Positions 1 through 10,280 of a DNA stretch of 53,902 bases are shown in pieces (position 1 is the first letter of the stretch; every line of letters begins with the position of its first letter). The position numbers were made by a program, and so were the translations under genes. The DNA is from a virus (lineage: Duplodnaviria > Caudoviricetes), in the IMG/VR virus record IMGVR_UViG_3300032296_000199, positions 1-53,902 of that record. One strand, given 5' to 3'. Under the pieces are notes generated by a model. The model ran no database searches. It was not told the origin of the DNA and saw only the letters and a program-made list of their open reading frames with translations.

Positions 1-2
1 AT

Positions 3-1634
3 ACCTACACTATTGTATCTACTACTGCGGCTACTTCTACTGTAGCGGCTGGTGGCGGTTCAACTGTTAATGCAATCTATCAAATCAACGTAGGCGATCC
101 ATACGAGATTCCACTAGCCGGTTGGGGTGCTGGTACATGGGGTGCAGGAACTTGGGGCTTTGGCGGCACATCTACCTCGGCCCTACGTCTATGGAGCCAG
201 AACAACTTTGGTGAAGACTTAGTGTATGGTTTCCGTGGCGGCCCGATCTATTACTGGGATGCTGGCTATGGCGTAAACCCTGCTTTGGCTTCAATTACCA
301 TAGCTTCTCCTGCGGTAGTTACGGCTGCTTATAGTTTGCCCAATGGCTCTCCAGTCATCTTTACAAATAGTGGGTATCCCGCTGCCCTGCCGACTGGCTT
401 GTCTCCCGGAACCATTTACTACGTCATTAACGCTAGCGGCAATACCTTTAACTTAGCTTTGACTGTCGGCGGCGCGGCTATTACCACGACAGGAACGCAG
501 TCTGGTGACCACTACATCATGCCAAATGGTGTAAATATTGTTAGTCTGGCAGGTGCATCAGACTGCCCAATCATTCAAAACTTTGTTTTTGTATCTGATG
601 TAAGTCGCTTTGTGTTTGCGTTTGGCTGTAATGATTACGCTTCTACAGTACAAAACCCCATGTTAATTCGCTGGTCGGATCAGGAATCTGTGGTTAACTG
701 GACACCCTCCGCAACCAATCAAGCTGGTAGTGTCACTTTGTCGCACGGCTCTAGCATCGTAACTGCTGTTCAAACCCGGCAAGAGATTTTGGTGTGGACT
801 GATTCTGCCATCTATTCTTTACAGTACATTGGCCCACCTGTAGTTTGGTCTAGCCAGTTGATGGGTGACAACATCTCCATCCTTGGTCAGAACGCAGCAA
901 CTCAAGCTTCTGGTGTGGTGTACTGGATGGGCGTGGATAAGTTTTATCTATACGATGGTCGTTTACAGACTTTACCTTGCGATCTTCGCCGGTACGTTTA
1001 CCAAGACATTAACCTCCAACAAAACCAACAAGTGTTTGCCAGTACCAACGAGGGCTTTAATGAGGTCTGGTGGTTCTATTGCGCGGCTGGTAGCTTGGTG
1101 GCTAATCGTTATGTAGTGTACAACTACCTTGAAAAAATCTGGTACTACGGCACTATGGAGCGAACAGCTTGGCTTGATTCTGGCCTGCGCGACTTCCCGA
1201 TTGCCGCTACGTACAACTACAACTTGGTTGATCAAGAGTACGGCTTAGACAACAACGAAACGGGTACGCCCGCAGGCATTGAGGCTTACATCTCATCCAC
1301 AGAATTTGACATTGATGATGGCGACAGATTTGGTTTTGTTTGGAGAATGTTGCCTGACTTGACTTTCTCAGGGTCAGATGCTTCGCCAACTCCGCAAGTT
1401 ACGTACACTTTGTATCCCATGCAGAACTCAGGCTCTGGCACGGGCACTGCGGTAAACAAGGATGTGGACAAGTTAACCGGTGCTCAGTACACAGTGACTG
1501 AAGGCTTTACAGGGCAGATCAATACCCGCGTGCGGGGCAGGCAGTTAATCTTGAAGGTTAGCTCGGACAACCTTGGAACAACATGGCAGTTGGGTGCTAC
1601 CCGTATTGACATCAGACCGGACGGCAGACGATGA
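3..1634 (+). CDS. Tail/head-closure (packaged-DNA stabilisation, P22 gp10-like) protein, 5'-truncated
   Basis: The frame is open from position 3 (TYTIVST...GWGAGTWG...LRLWSQNNFGEDL), so the true start lies upstream of the window. Beta-propeller-like motifs LIRWSDQE, YWMGVDKFYLYDG and FNEVWWFY, and the C-terminal RIDIRPDGRR, are typical of podovirus stabilisation/nozzle proteins. Confidence 0.7.
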   Translation, partial: TYTIVSTTAATSTVAAGGGSTVNAIYQINVGDPYEIPLAGWGAGTWGAGTWGFGGTSTSALRLWSQNNFGEDLVYGFRGGPIYYWDAGYGVNPALASITIASPAVVTAAYSLPNGSPVIFTNSGYPAALPTGLSPGTIYYVINASGNTFNLALTVGGAAITTTGTQSGDHYIMPNGVNIVSLAGASDCPIIQNFVFVSDVSRFVFAFGCNDYASTVQNPMLIRWSDQESVVNWTPSATNQAGSVTLSHGSSIVTAVQTRQEILVWTDSAIYSLQYIGPPVVWSSQLMGDNISILGQNAATQASGVVYWMGVDKFYLYDGRLQTLPCDLRRYVYQDINLQQNQQVFASTNEGFNEVWWFYCAAGSLVANRYVVYNYLEKIWYYGTMERTAWLDSGLRDFPIAATYNYNLVDQEYGLDNNETGTPAGIEAYISSTEFDIDDGDRFGFVWRMLPDLTFSGSDASPTPQVTYTLYPMQNSGSGTGTAVNKDVDKLTGAQYTVTEGFTGQINTRVRGRQLILKVSSDNLGTTWQLGATRIDIRPDGRR

Positions 1635-1978
1635 GCTTTATCGTTACTACTGATTTTGATTTAAACAAGGTAGCCGCACCTAACCTGCCGTTACCTCCGA
1701 ACGAGTACGACCGTATATATTTTGACCAGATGCTCAACATCTTGCGTTTGTACTTCAACAGGATTGATGCGTTAACTACGCAGTTGACGGCTTCTGGCGC
1801 AGTACCTCCTTTGACTAACTACACTGTAGCTACACTACCTAGCGCAGTTACTTCAGGCAAGGGCGCAAGAGCTTTTGTAACAGATGCATTAGGCCCAACA
1901 TTTGGGGCAACCGTTGTGACTGGCGGGGCAGTAGCTGTGCCTGTGTATTCTGACGGAACAAATTGGAAAGTCGGATAA
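1631..1978 (+). CDS. Small virion-associated protein
   Basis: ATGA overlap with the upstream stop and TAATG overlap with the downstream start; lies in the late operon; C-terminal PVYSDGTNWKVG motif. Confidence 0.7.
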   Translation: MSFIVTTDFDLNKVAAPNLPLPPNEYDRIYFDQMLNILRLYFNRIDALTTQLTASGAVPPLTNYTVATLPSAVTSGKGARAFVTDALGPTFGATVVTGGAVAVPVYSDGTNWKVG

Positions 1979-4900
1979 TGGCAATTTCAGATCAAGACAT
2001 ATTTAACTGGTTTGTGCAGAATGAAGGCGCAGACGACGCTACTATTGCTGCCACAATGGATCAGTTTAAAGTGTCACCCGCTGACGTTGCGCGGGCCACA
2101 GGGACTGATTTAACAAATATTGAATCTAGGTATCAAGCAGCCGCCCCCGCACCAACAACTGATTATTTTGCGCAACAGTTTGGGCCAGATACTTCGGGGA
2201 TTGCTTCTCTCCCTGCTGCAACATCTGCTCCTTTTGTTACTACAGCTACTGTCACAGCGGCTCCGGTAGTCACGTCTGCCCCTGTAGTCACATCGGCTTT
2301 TGATTACGAAAGTATTTATGATGTTTTTGGCGGAAAAGGTGCTACTAATGACCTAATCACGCAATTTAGGGCTATGGGGCTGTCCGAAGATGCGATTGCT
2401 TCTGTCTTTGCTCCATATCAAAAAAACCCAACAACTACATTAGCTCCTGTAACTACGGCTGCTCCAGTCACAACTTTAGCTCCTGTAACAACGTTAGCGC
2501 CAATTGCAACGTCTAGTGTAATAACTACGGCTGCTCCAGTTACAACTTTAACTCCTGTAACCACCACCGCCACTACAGTAAATACTGGCTCAAATTACGA
2601 CCAAATGGTTCGTGATGCGTATGCGACTATTGGGCGCTCTGGCATTGGTGGGGCAACAAATCAAATTGACCAAGAAGGCTATAACAATTTTTTAAATGCA
2701 TTGCAGTCTGGCGCAATTAAACCAGCAGACTTCGCATCTACGTTTCAAAGTTCTGTTAAAGACTACATTGCCAAAAATCCCAATGACCGTTACTCACAGT
2801 ATGTTTTAGGTTATTTAGGTGTTAACACTGTCACAACTACTCCAGCACCTACAACCACGGCTGTTGGCATAGCCACACTTACAACTACTCCAGCACCCAC
2901 AACTACAGCGGCTCCTGTAACAACGTTAGCGCCAATTAATCTAAATAATGGTACATATTTAACTGCTACAGGCACAATCGTTGATACGTCAGGTAATGTG
3001 CTTGCGGATACTGGACATGCCGCCACTGCTACATTGACCCAACAAATTCTTGGGCAAAACTTGACGGATAGATGGCAAGGTCAGGGATGGGGGACGCCAC
3101 AAGCTAATGCTTCTGACATGGCAAGGATTTTGGCCAGTATTGGCATTACAGACATTAAACAGTTTGGTGAGGTTCCTCTTTTAGCGCCCGTTGAAGAAAT
3201 TGGTAAAACGTATAACGGAAACCAAGTTGTCAAAATTGACCTTGGCGATGGCGAAATTAGAAATGCGGTATATCAAAGCACTGGTCAATTTGACAGTGAT
3301 GGCAACGCAATCGGTCAATACGTGCCAATACCTAAAGACGCAAAAATTGAAACGCTTTACGGGGTATCTAATGGTGAAAGCTACAATGCCGTTGATCCAT
3401 CAAAAGTAAAAATAATAGATGGCAAACCTGTAGTTGACACAGGGCAAAAAACTTTTGGCAATAAAGTAACAGGCCAAGCCGTTCCTAATACATACAGTGA
3501 ACGTCAAACAGGAAATGCTTTTGGCGGCACGTTTGCTGGCGATGGTAATACTGGTTATCGTGTGCAATTTGCTCCTGATGGAACGCCAATCTTTTATACA
3601 ACGTACGCATCGTCTAACGATCTTGCAAATCTTTTATCAGACCTTGGCCCAATCGGTCAAATTGGTTTGGCTGTTGCCACGGGTGGTTTGTCTATACCTC
3701 AACAAATTGCGGCTCAGTTTGCAATAAGCGTATTGAGCGGCGCTGATATAGAAAACGCTATACAAGGAGCAGCAGCATCGTTTATTGGCTCTCAAATACC
3801 CGGTTTAGATGCAATGAAGGACGCTACTGCGTACCTAAATGGAATTGACCCAACTGGAGTTCTTGCCAGATCATTTACAGGCGCGGCAGTGGGGGCGACC
3901 ACTGGAATTATTACTGGGCAAGATTTATTGACATCAGCCGCAGCGGGCGCTGCAAGTGGTGGTTACTCTGGCGCTGCTGATGCAATCATGGGTAATTTTG
4001 ATTTGACTGGCTTGACCGCTTCTCAAAAATCTGCTTTAAAAAATACAGTTACAGGTGTAATTTCTGGCAAGCCACTTGACCAGACTTTGATGAATTCTAT
4101 TATTGGGCTTGTAAATTCAGAAATTAAAAATATTACAACAAGCCCTACTACAACTCTTTCACCATCTGTAACAGTTGCTGCTGACGACGACATTAATAAT
4201 CCTGTAGTTGGCCTTGATGCAGAAGGTAATTCCGTACGTTTAAATGATATCAATACATTGTTTGCGGGCAATACTGACTACGCCGCACAAGCATCAAATA
4301 TTCTTAATAGTTACGATGTTGCTGGCTTGGCGGCTGTGGCTGCTCCTGCGGCTGGCGCAACTGCGGCAACTAATTCTCCACTGCTCCGGCTTGTGCAAGC
4401 TGCGGCTAATGATCCAAACTATTCTACAAAACTTACCGCATTAGAAAGAGTGCTAACCGCTGCTGGTAGCTCTATCGCTAAAGTGTTGGGCACTGCTGTT
4501 TCGTTAGGTACTTATTCGCCCAATCTAAATGCAGATGAGGACGCAACATTAAAGCGTTTGCGTGAATCTGGGCTAGTCACAATAGATGATTTAAAGACTT
4601 CTCCTGCTACAACTCTTGCGCCCGTTACAACCCTTGCTCCAACTAGTACGCTTGCGCCTGTAACAACACAATATGTTGCGCAACCCGAAGATTACACAGA
4701 TACAACTGAAGAAGTCCAGAATTGGCAAAGTACGCTGGATGAAGTCTATTACACTGACGAAGTTGGGAATCCTGTTACTTTAAGAGACTATTACAGAATT
4801 ATAGGGTTTGAGCCTCCCGGACTACCACCCGGCGTTTTACCAACAAAGCCTACAACAACACAGGCTCCAGCGACTACCGCGCCTCCAGAAACTACTGCGC

Positions 4901-6525
4901 CCCCAGTTACGACAGCGGCTCCAGCTACTACGGCGGCTCCAGCTACTACGGCAGCTCCTGTAACAACAGCTAAACCTTTTACTATTGATGATCCAACTAC
5001 TTGGCCTGATCCAATAGATGATCCTGCGTTTGACCCATTAAAGCCGTCTACTTATCCCGCAACTACTGCGGCTCCAGCTACAACACAGGCTCCTGCTACA
5101 ACTTTAGCGCCGTCTGTAACAACCAAGCCTTTTACTATTGATGATCCAACCACTTGGCCTGATCCAATAGATGATCCTAATTTTGACCCGTTAAAGCCTG
5201 ATACGTATCCGGCTACTACGCTTGCGCCTAAGACAACGCTTGCACCTGCAACAACGCAGTCTCCAGCCACTACTCTTGCGCCTAAAACAACGCTTAGACC
5301 TGTTACTACTCTTGCCCCTGCAACAACTTTGGCTCCTGAGACCACGTTAGCGCCCAAGACGACGCTTGCTCCCGAGACGACGCTTGCTCCTGAAACAACG
5401 CTTGAGCCAGCTACTACTCTTGCACCTGCAACAACTCAGGCTCCCGGCACAACGCTTAAACCTGTAACAACCCTTGAGCCTGTAACAACGCTCGAGCCAG
5501 CTACTACACTTGCTCCCAAGACAACGCTTTCTCCTGAGACAACCCTTGAGCCAGCTACAACATTGGCTCCTAAGACGACCCTTGAGCCAGCTACAACATT
5601 GGCTCCTAAGACGACCCTTAAACCTGAGACTACGTTGGCTCCCAAGACTACGCTTGCCCCTGAGACAACGCTTAAACCTGAGACTACGCTTGCTCCTAAA
5701 ACAACTTTGGCTCCTGAGACTACTCTTAAGCCTGAGACTACACTGGCTCCCAAGACGACGCTTGCTCCTGAGACTACTCTCAAGCCTGAAACTACGTTAG
5801 CACCCAAGACAACGCTTGCTCCTGAGACTACTCTTAAGCCTGAGACAACGTTAGCTCCCAAGACAACTTTGGCTCCTGAGACTACGCTTAAGCCTGAGAC
5901 TACATTGGCTCCCAAAACCACGTTGGCTCCTGAGACTACTCTTGCGCCACCTACAACAACAGTTAAACCTACAACAACCGTACCGCCTACAACAGTTAAA
6001 CCTACAACAACCGTACCGCCTACAACCGTACCGCCTACAACTGCACCACCCACAACCGTACCGCCTACAACTGCGCCACCCACAACGATACCGCCTACAA
6101 CAATACCGCCTACAACAACGGTTGGCCCGACGACAACAATACCGCCTACAACTACCCCCGTGCCTACTACGACTAAAGTAGTTGTAACAACCACTGCTAC
6201 GCCTGCAACAACCAAGGCAAGTGGACAAAACTTAGGCTTAAACTTCCCGCAGGTGCAACAGGCACTTGCCGCTGCTGGCATCCCACAACTTGCCAATGTG
6301 TTCTATTACGGCAAGGACTTTACTTCTAAAAAGCAAAAAATTACCAAAGAAGGTGACTTGGTTGAAGAAGAGTACAAACCACTGAGTGTCGTTAAACCCG
6401 GCGCAGAGATAGAACAGCTTGCCGAAGAAGCAAAAAGCAAGCAAAATACAGCCCTAGATGTTGCCGATAAGCTCATGGGCGAAAATACGTCTTTTGAAGA
6501 CTTAATTAAAATTTTGAGGGGTTAA
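1978..6525 (+). CDS. Large putative internal virion/ejection protein with mucin-like Thr/Pro/Ala repeats (~1515 aa)
   Basis: ATG at 1978 overlaps the preceding TAA. Gly/Ala-rich hydrophobic central segments and extensive TTLAP/TTVPP repeats; sits at the head of the ejection-protein cluster. Confidence 0.75.
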   Translation: MAISDQDIFNWFVQNEGADDATIAATMDQFKVSPADVARATGTDLTNIESRYQAAAPAPTTDYFAQQFGPDTSGIASLPAATSAPFVTTATVTAAPVVTSAPVVTSAFDYESIYDVFGGKGATNDLITQFRAMGLSEDAIASVFAPYQKNPTTTLAPVTTAAPVTTLAPVTTLAPIATSSVITTAAPVTTLTPVTTTATTVNTGSNYDQMVRDAYATIGRSGIGGATNQIDQEGYNNFLNALQSGAIKPADFASTFQSSVKDYIAKNPNDRYSQYVLGYLGVNTVTTTPAPTTTAVGIATLTTTPAPTTTAAPVTTLAPINLNNGTYLTATGTIVDTSGNVLADTGHAATATLTQQILGQNLTDRWQGQGWGTPQANASDMARILASIGITDIKQFGEVPLLAPVEEIGKTYNGNQVVKIDLGDGEIRNAVYQSTGQFDSDGNAIGQYVPIPKDAKIETLYGVSNGESYNAVDPSKVKIIDGKPVVDTGQKTFGNKVTGQAVPNTYSERQTGNAFGGTFAGDGNTGYRVQFAPDGTPIFYTTYASSNDLANLLSDLGPIGQIGLAVATGGLSIPQQIAAQFAISVLSGADIENAIQGAAASFIGSQIPGLDAMKDATAYLNGIDPTGVLARSFTGAAVGATTGIITGQDLLTSAAAGAASGGYSGAADAIMGNFDLTGLTASQKSALKNTVTGVISGKPLDQTLMNSIIGLVNSEIKNITTSPTTTLSPSVTVAADDDINNPVVGLDAEGNSVRLNDINTLFAGNTDYAAQASNILNSYDVAGLAAVAAPAAGATAATNSPLLRLVQAAANDPNYSTKLTALERVLTAAGSSIAKVLGTAVSLGTYSPNLNADEDATLKRLRESGLVTIDDLKTSPATTLAPVTTLAPTSTLAPVTTQYVAQPEDYTDTTEEVQNWQSTLDEVYYTDEVGNPVTLRDYYRIIGFEPPGLPPGVLPTKPTTTQAPATTAPPETTAPPVTTAAPATTAAPATTAAPVTTAKPFTIDDPTTWPDPIDDPAFDPLKPSTYPATTAAPATTQAPATTLAPSVTTKPFTIDDPTTWPDPIDDPNFDPLKPDTYPATTLAPKTTLAPATTQSPATTLAPKTTLRPVTTLAPATTLAPETTLAPKTTLAPETTLAPETTLEPATTLAPATTQAPGTTLKPVTTLEPVTTLEPATTLAPKTTLSPETTLEPATTLAPKTTLEPATTLAPKTTLKPETTLAPKTTLAPETTLKPETTLAPKTTLAPETTLKPETTLAPKTTLAPETTLKPETTLAPKTTLAPETTLKPETTLAPKTTLAPETTLKPETTLAPKTTLAPETTLAPPTTTVKPTTTVPPTTVKPTTTVPPTTVPPTTAPPTTVPPTTAPPTTIPPTTIPPTTTVGPTTTIPPTTTPVPTTTKVVVTTTATPATTKASGQNLGLNFPQVQQALAAAGIPQLANVFYYGKDFTSKKQKITKEGDLVEEEYKPLSVVKPGAEIEQLAEEAKSKQNTALDVADKLMGENTSFEDLIKILRG
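4972..5219 (+). repeat. Internal duplication (153-bp period) encoding KPFTIDDPTTWPDPIDDPxFDPLKPxTYPATT
   Basis: Two near-identical copies starting at 4972 and 5125. Confidence 0.95.
5215..5945 (+). repeat. Coding tandem repeat: 18-bp unit encoding TTL(A/K/E)P(K/E/A/V), with a higher-order 54-bp unit (APKTTL-APETTL-KPETTL)
   Basis: Directly visible in DNA and translation; copies differ mainly at third codon positions. Confidence 0.95.
5946..6215 (+). repeat. Coding repeat of PPTT(V/A/I) units
   Basis: Repeated CCGCCTACAAC; translation PPTTVKPTTTVPPTTVPPTTAPP. Confidence 0.9.
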
Positions 6526-6526
6526 C

Positions 6527-7399
6527 ATGGATGATTATTTTACTGGTGACAGTGATTGGTATAGCAATTTTTTAACAAACATTGGTGTTAATCCCGGTTC
6601 TGTTACTTCAGACTTTGGTAATAACTACCTTAGTAATGATGATTTATACAAACAAATTACAGGCGCTGATACTGGCTCTTCAAATCCAATAGCTTTAATT
6701 ACCAAACTACTATCTGGCACAGGCGAACAAGGCAAAGCAGGGCAGCTTGCTGGTGTTGCTGGTTTATACAGTTTGATAAACGCACTTGGTGGCGGGCTTG
6801 GCCAAACTGGTCAAGGTGTGTACAAAGGTTATCAAGGCGGTATCCCAAATTACACTGCTACCCGCACAATGAATCCCATCCCACAAACTGTAAATGTGCC
6901 AGCTAGGGAAGCCGTTCCTGCTACGGCAACTACTCCTGCTGTTTCTGCGGCTCCGGCTGGTACTGCGCCACGTCGTCCCGGTTCCGGTGGGATTACGTAT
7001 TTTACGGATATGAAATATACGCCTGTGGCAACAGCGGCTCCAGCTACAACTCCTGCTGTAACTGCTGCGCCTACAGTCACTGCGGCGGCTGGTGGCATGA
7101 TGGCCTCCGGTGGTGTTTCTACTTTGGGTGGTTATTCAGATGGTGGGCGTTTACTCAAAGGCCCCGGTGATGGTGTTTCCGACTCTATTCCTGCTACTAT
7201 TGGTGGCAAGCAGCCAGCACGTTTGGCTGACGGAGAGTTTGTGATTCCTGCACGTATAGTGTCTGAGATTGGCAATGGTTCTACAGAAGCTGGAGCCAAA
7301 AAGTTATATGCCATGATGGATCGTATCCAAGGGGCCCGTAAGAAATCAATTAAAAATGTCGCTGCCAACACTAAGGCAGACAAATATCTTCCTAAGTAA
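6527..7399 (+). CDS. Putative internal virion protein
   Basis: SD GAGGGG. The C-terminal GPGDGVSDSIPA...LADGEFVIPA motif occurs in phage tape-measure/ejection proteins; Thr/Ala/Pro-rich linker. Confidence 0.65.
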   Translation: MDDYFTGDSDWYSNFLTNIGVNPGSVTSDFGNNYLSNDDLYKQITGADTGSSNPIALITKLLSGTGEQGKAGQLAGVAGLYSLINALGGGLGQTGQGVYKGYQGGIPNYTATRTMNPIPQTVNVPAREAVPATATTPAVSAAPAGTAPRRPGSGGITYFTDMKYTPVATAAPATTPAVTAAPTVTAAAGGMMASGGVSTLGGYSDGGRLLKGPGDGVSDSIPATIGGKQPARLADGEFVIPARIVSEIGNGSTEAGAKKLYAMMDRIQGARKKSIKNVAANTKADKYLPK

Positions 7400-7408
7400 G
7401 GGGTACGT

Positions 7409-8353
7409 ATGACAACAACATCAACAACGGCAACACCGGGTTCTTCTGGCTCTCCGATGGCGGGGTCTGCCAATATGTCTACGCTGTCCGACTGGGCAGG
7501 TGGGTATGTAACGGACATGATGGGTAAAGCTCAAGCGCTTTCTAATACCCCATATCAAACTTATCAAGGCCCGATGACAGCTGGTGAGTCTGGCCTACAG
7601 AACAAAATGTTCCAAGGACTTGGTGGATTAAATTTTCCCGGTCAGTTAGGACAATCATTTAGTTCTTCTAGCGCGTATCAACCACCCGGAATGGCTCCTA
7701 ATACATTTGCCAACCAACCTATTGGCATGGGCGCTGGTGCTCCTCCGATGGGTATGACAAACGCTTCTGGCACTGGCGCAACAGGTACGGGCGGAGGTCA
7801 ATCTACTACTGCTCCATTAGGTGTAGCTTCTCAGTACATGAATCCGTATTTGCAGTCTGTTCTCCAACCTCAGTTGGAAGAGTTGCGTCGCCAATCACAA
7901 TTAAATTTGCAACCCGGAATGGCTAAGATGACTCAAGCTGGTGGTTATGGTGGTGGTCGCCAAGCGATTATGGAGTCGGAAGCTAATCGCAATTTGTTGC
8001 AACAACAGAACCAAGCTATTGGTACGGGCTACGCTAATGCTTTTGATAAAGCTATGCAACAGTTCAACACTGAGCAAGGCCAAGCTAAGACTCTGGCTGA
8101 CCTGATGGGTACGGCTGGCGCACAGCAACGTGGTATTGAGCAAGAAGGTATTACTGCTGATTACAACGAGTTCTTGGCGCAACGTGATGACCCAATGAAG
8201 AAAGTACAGTTCTTGCAGTCAATGCTTCAAGGTTTGCCAATTTCTACTGTGTCCAATGTTCCGCAATCTCAGACTGGCGCACAACAAGCAGTGGGTGGTA
8301 TGTCAACTGTTTATCAGATGCTGCAAAATCTTGGCGTTATTCCTAAAGGTTAA
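7409..8353 (+). CDS. Putative DNA transfer/ejection protein
   Basis: Gln/Gly/Met-rich; YMNPY...AGGYGGGRQAI motif typical of podovirus pilot/ejection proteins; position in the cluster. Confidence 0.6.
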   Translation: MTTTSTTATPGSSGSPMAGSANMSTLSDWAGGYVTDMMGKAQALSNTPYQTYQGPMTAGESGLQNKMFQGLGGLNFPGQLGQSFSSSSAYQPPGMAPNTFANQPIGMGAGAPPMGMTNASGTGATGTGGGQSTTAPLGVASQYMNPYLQSVLQPQLEELRRQSQLNLQPGMAKMTQAGGYGGGRQAIMESEANRNLLQQQNQAIGTGYANAFDKAMQQFNTEQGQAKTLADLMGTAGAQQRGIEQEGITADYNEFLAQRDDPMKKVQFLQSMLQGLPISTVSNVPQSQTGAQQAVGGMSTVYQMLQNLGVIPKG

Positions 8354-8362
8354 GGACAGATC

Positions 8363-10279
8363 ATGATTCAACCCGGTCAAATTGACTACCAAAAGCAATT
8401 AGATTCTTTAAAAGATTTGCCAGTCAATGCGCAGTCTATTGAGTATCTGACTGGCCTTTCGCGTAACCCCGGTTCTCCGTTTGTTCGCTTTCTAGTTGAA
8501 AGCCGCTTGGAGCAACTGACTAAAGCTTTGCAAAATCAAGCTGGTTCACAAGCGCAACAAGCACAAGAAAATTCGCCTCAAGGCACGATCTCGGACAAGA
8601 TTCAACAGGCCGCAGGGATTGCTGCATTACAGTCTGCCCAGCAACGCCAAGCTGCGGAGCAAATGCAACAGCAAGCAAGCCAATCGCGTATACCAGTTCC
8701 TGAAGGCATTACGCAACCTCAAGCGCAAGCTGAACCAGACTACGGTATAGCGAGTGCGCCTATGGACTCTGAGATGTTTAACTTTGCCCCCGGTGGCATT
8801 GTTACTTTTGCCAATCCAGAAAAAGAAAAGAAACAGTTGGTCAAAGATGAGGAAGAAGCAAAGGCAAGACAAAGAGAAGCTGATCGCAGAGCGTTGTTAG
8901 AGCCGCTTGCTGCTGTAGGAGATATTGTTCAGTTACCTGTAGCTGCTGGCTATAATTTACTAGCTGATGCGGCTGGTGGCACGGAAGGTTTTTTAAACCG
9001 TATAGGCAGTGCTTTAACAGGAGAAAACGTCAATACACAGACTGATGGTCAAGTTGGCGGTAAGTTCCGTTTTAGCCCGACTCCTTTTACAGATATGTTG
9101 CGCCAGCCAACCAGCAGAGAAGCGGCACAACAACAAGCGCAGCAAGCGGTTATTGCTGCTGACCCAGAAAGTCAAAAGCTTGCGCGTTTAGCGGCTAACC
9201 CTCCAGCAGTGCAGAATATGAATCCTGCTTTGCAGCCTAATAGAAATGTTGCGCCACCACCTGCTGTAAATACAGGTATTGCTACGGGTAAACCTAAACC
9301 TCCCCCTGCCCCTGCTGCCCCCAGTGGCCCGCCTACAGGTATTGCCGCTACGCTTGCCGCAATGCAAAACATGCCACAACAGGCCGCGTTTAATTCCGCA
9401 ATTGCAGATGTGCGTAAAGCCTCAGAAGGCACAACACGCGAACAAAAAATTAAAGACGAACTTGATTTGCAAAAGACTCTTGGCATCGGCACGTTTGAAA
9501 AACAACAACAGCAGATGTATGAAGACAACAAAGCGCGTCAGGCCAAGATTGAAGCTGGTCGTGGACAACGCGACTTTATGGCGCAACTTGCTACCTATTC
9601 ACGTCCCGGCGCAAACTGGAGTCAAGTGATGGAGCGTGACATTGCTAGTAAAGCAGCCGCTTTGTTAGAAGATGAACGATTTGCAAATTCGCAAAACAAA
9701 TTATTGACAGACATTCAAAGCACTGCTGAAGCGCGTCGTGTGGGTACAGCCAATAGTATTCGCACGGCAGAGGCAGCAGAGAAGAAGACTAAACAAGAAA
9801 TGCTTACTTTCATTATGAAAGAAATGGGCGTTAACTTGCAGGTTGCCCAGAAGATACTTGGCGATACATTAAATGCGCAAGTACAGATGCGTGGTCAAGA
9901 TGTGCAACGTGAAGTTGGTATGGCAAACGTCGATGCCAAGCTTGAAATTGCCAGCGTAAAAGCAGATATGGCGGCTCAAAAACTTGCGTCAACTCTTGCA
10001 AGCATGGATACTGCAAACAAAATAAAGTTGAGCAATTCTGATCCATACAAAAAATTAGAAGCGCGTATTGCTGGACTTGATCAAGCTATTAAATACAATA
10101 CAAATCCAGATGGGACACCAAAGGACGCGGAAAAAGTTGGTAAACTAAAAAGTGATCTAGCTGATTTAAAAACCCAACAAGCAACTTTGGCTACAAACAT
10201 TCTTGGGGGCGGTGGAATCAGTACATTGCCAGCTAGTGCGCCACCACCCGGAGCCGTTAGAGAAGTGAAGAAGCCATAA
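8363..10279 (+). CDS. Putative ejection protein (Gln/Ala-rich, coiled coil)
   Basis: SD AAGGA; 638-aa helical, low-complexity protein between other ejection-type genes. Confidence 0.6.
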   Translation: MIQPGQIDYQKQLDSLKDLPVNAQSIEYLTGLSRNPGSPFVRFLVESRLEQLTKALQNQAGSQAQQAQENSPQGTISDKIQQAAGIAALQSAQQRQAAEQMQQQASQSRIPVPEGITQPQAQAEPDYGIASAPMDSEMFNFAPGGIVTFANPEKEKKQLVKDEEEAKARQREADRRALLEPLAAVGDIVQLPVAAGYNLLADAAGGTEGFLNRIGSALTGENVNTQTDGQVGGKFRFSPTPFTDMLRQPTSREAAQQQAQQAVIAADPESQKLARLAANPPAVQNMNPALQPNRNVAPPPAVNTGIATGKPKPPPAPAAPSGPPTGIAATLAAMQNMPQQAAFNSAIADVRKASEGTTREQKIKDELDLQKTLGIGTFEKQQQQMYEDNKARQAKIEAGRGQRDFMAQLATYSRPGANWSQVMERDIASKAAALLEDERFANSQNKLLTDIQSTAEARRVGTANSIRTAEAAEKKTKQEMLTFIMKEMGVNLQVAQKILGDTLNAQVQMRGQDVQREVGMANVDAKLEIASVKADMAAQKLASTLASMDTANKIKLSNSDPYKKLEARIAGLDQAIKYNTNPDGTPKDAEKVGKLKSDLADLKTQQATLATNILGGGGISTLPASAPPPGAVREVKKP

Positions 10280-10280
10280 C

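Noticed and set aside
5215-5945. Regular repeats that might be a CRISPR array
   Set aside because: Units are contiguous, in frame and synonymously variable, with no unique spacers; this is a coding repeat.
5436-6296. 286-aa Val/Gly-rich minus-strand ORF (and similar ORFs at 5052-5357 and 2811-3026)
   Set aside because: Antisense shadows of the Thr/Pro repeats; no SD, and opposite to the operon direction.
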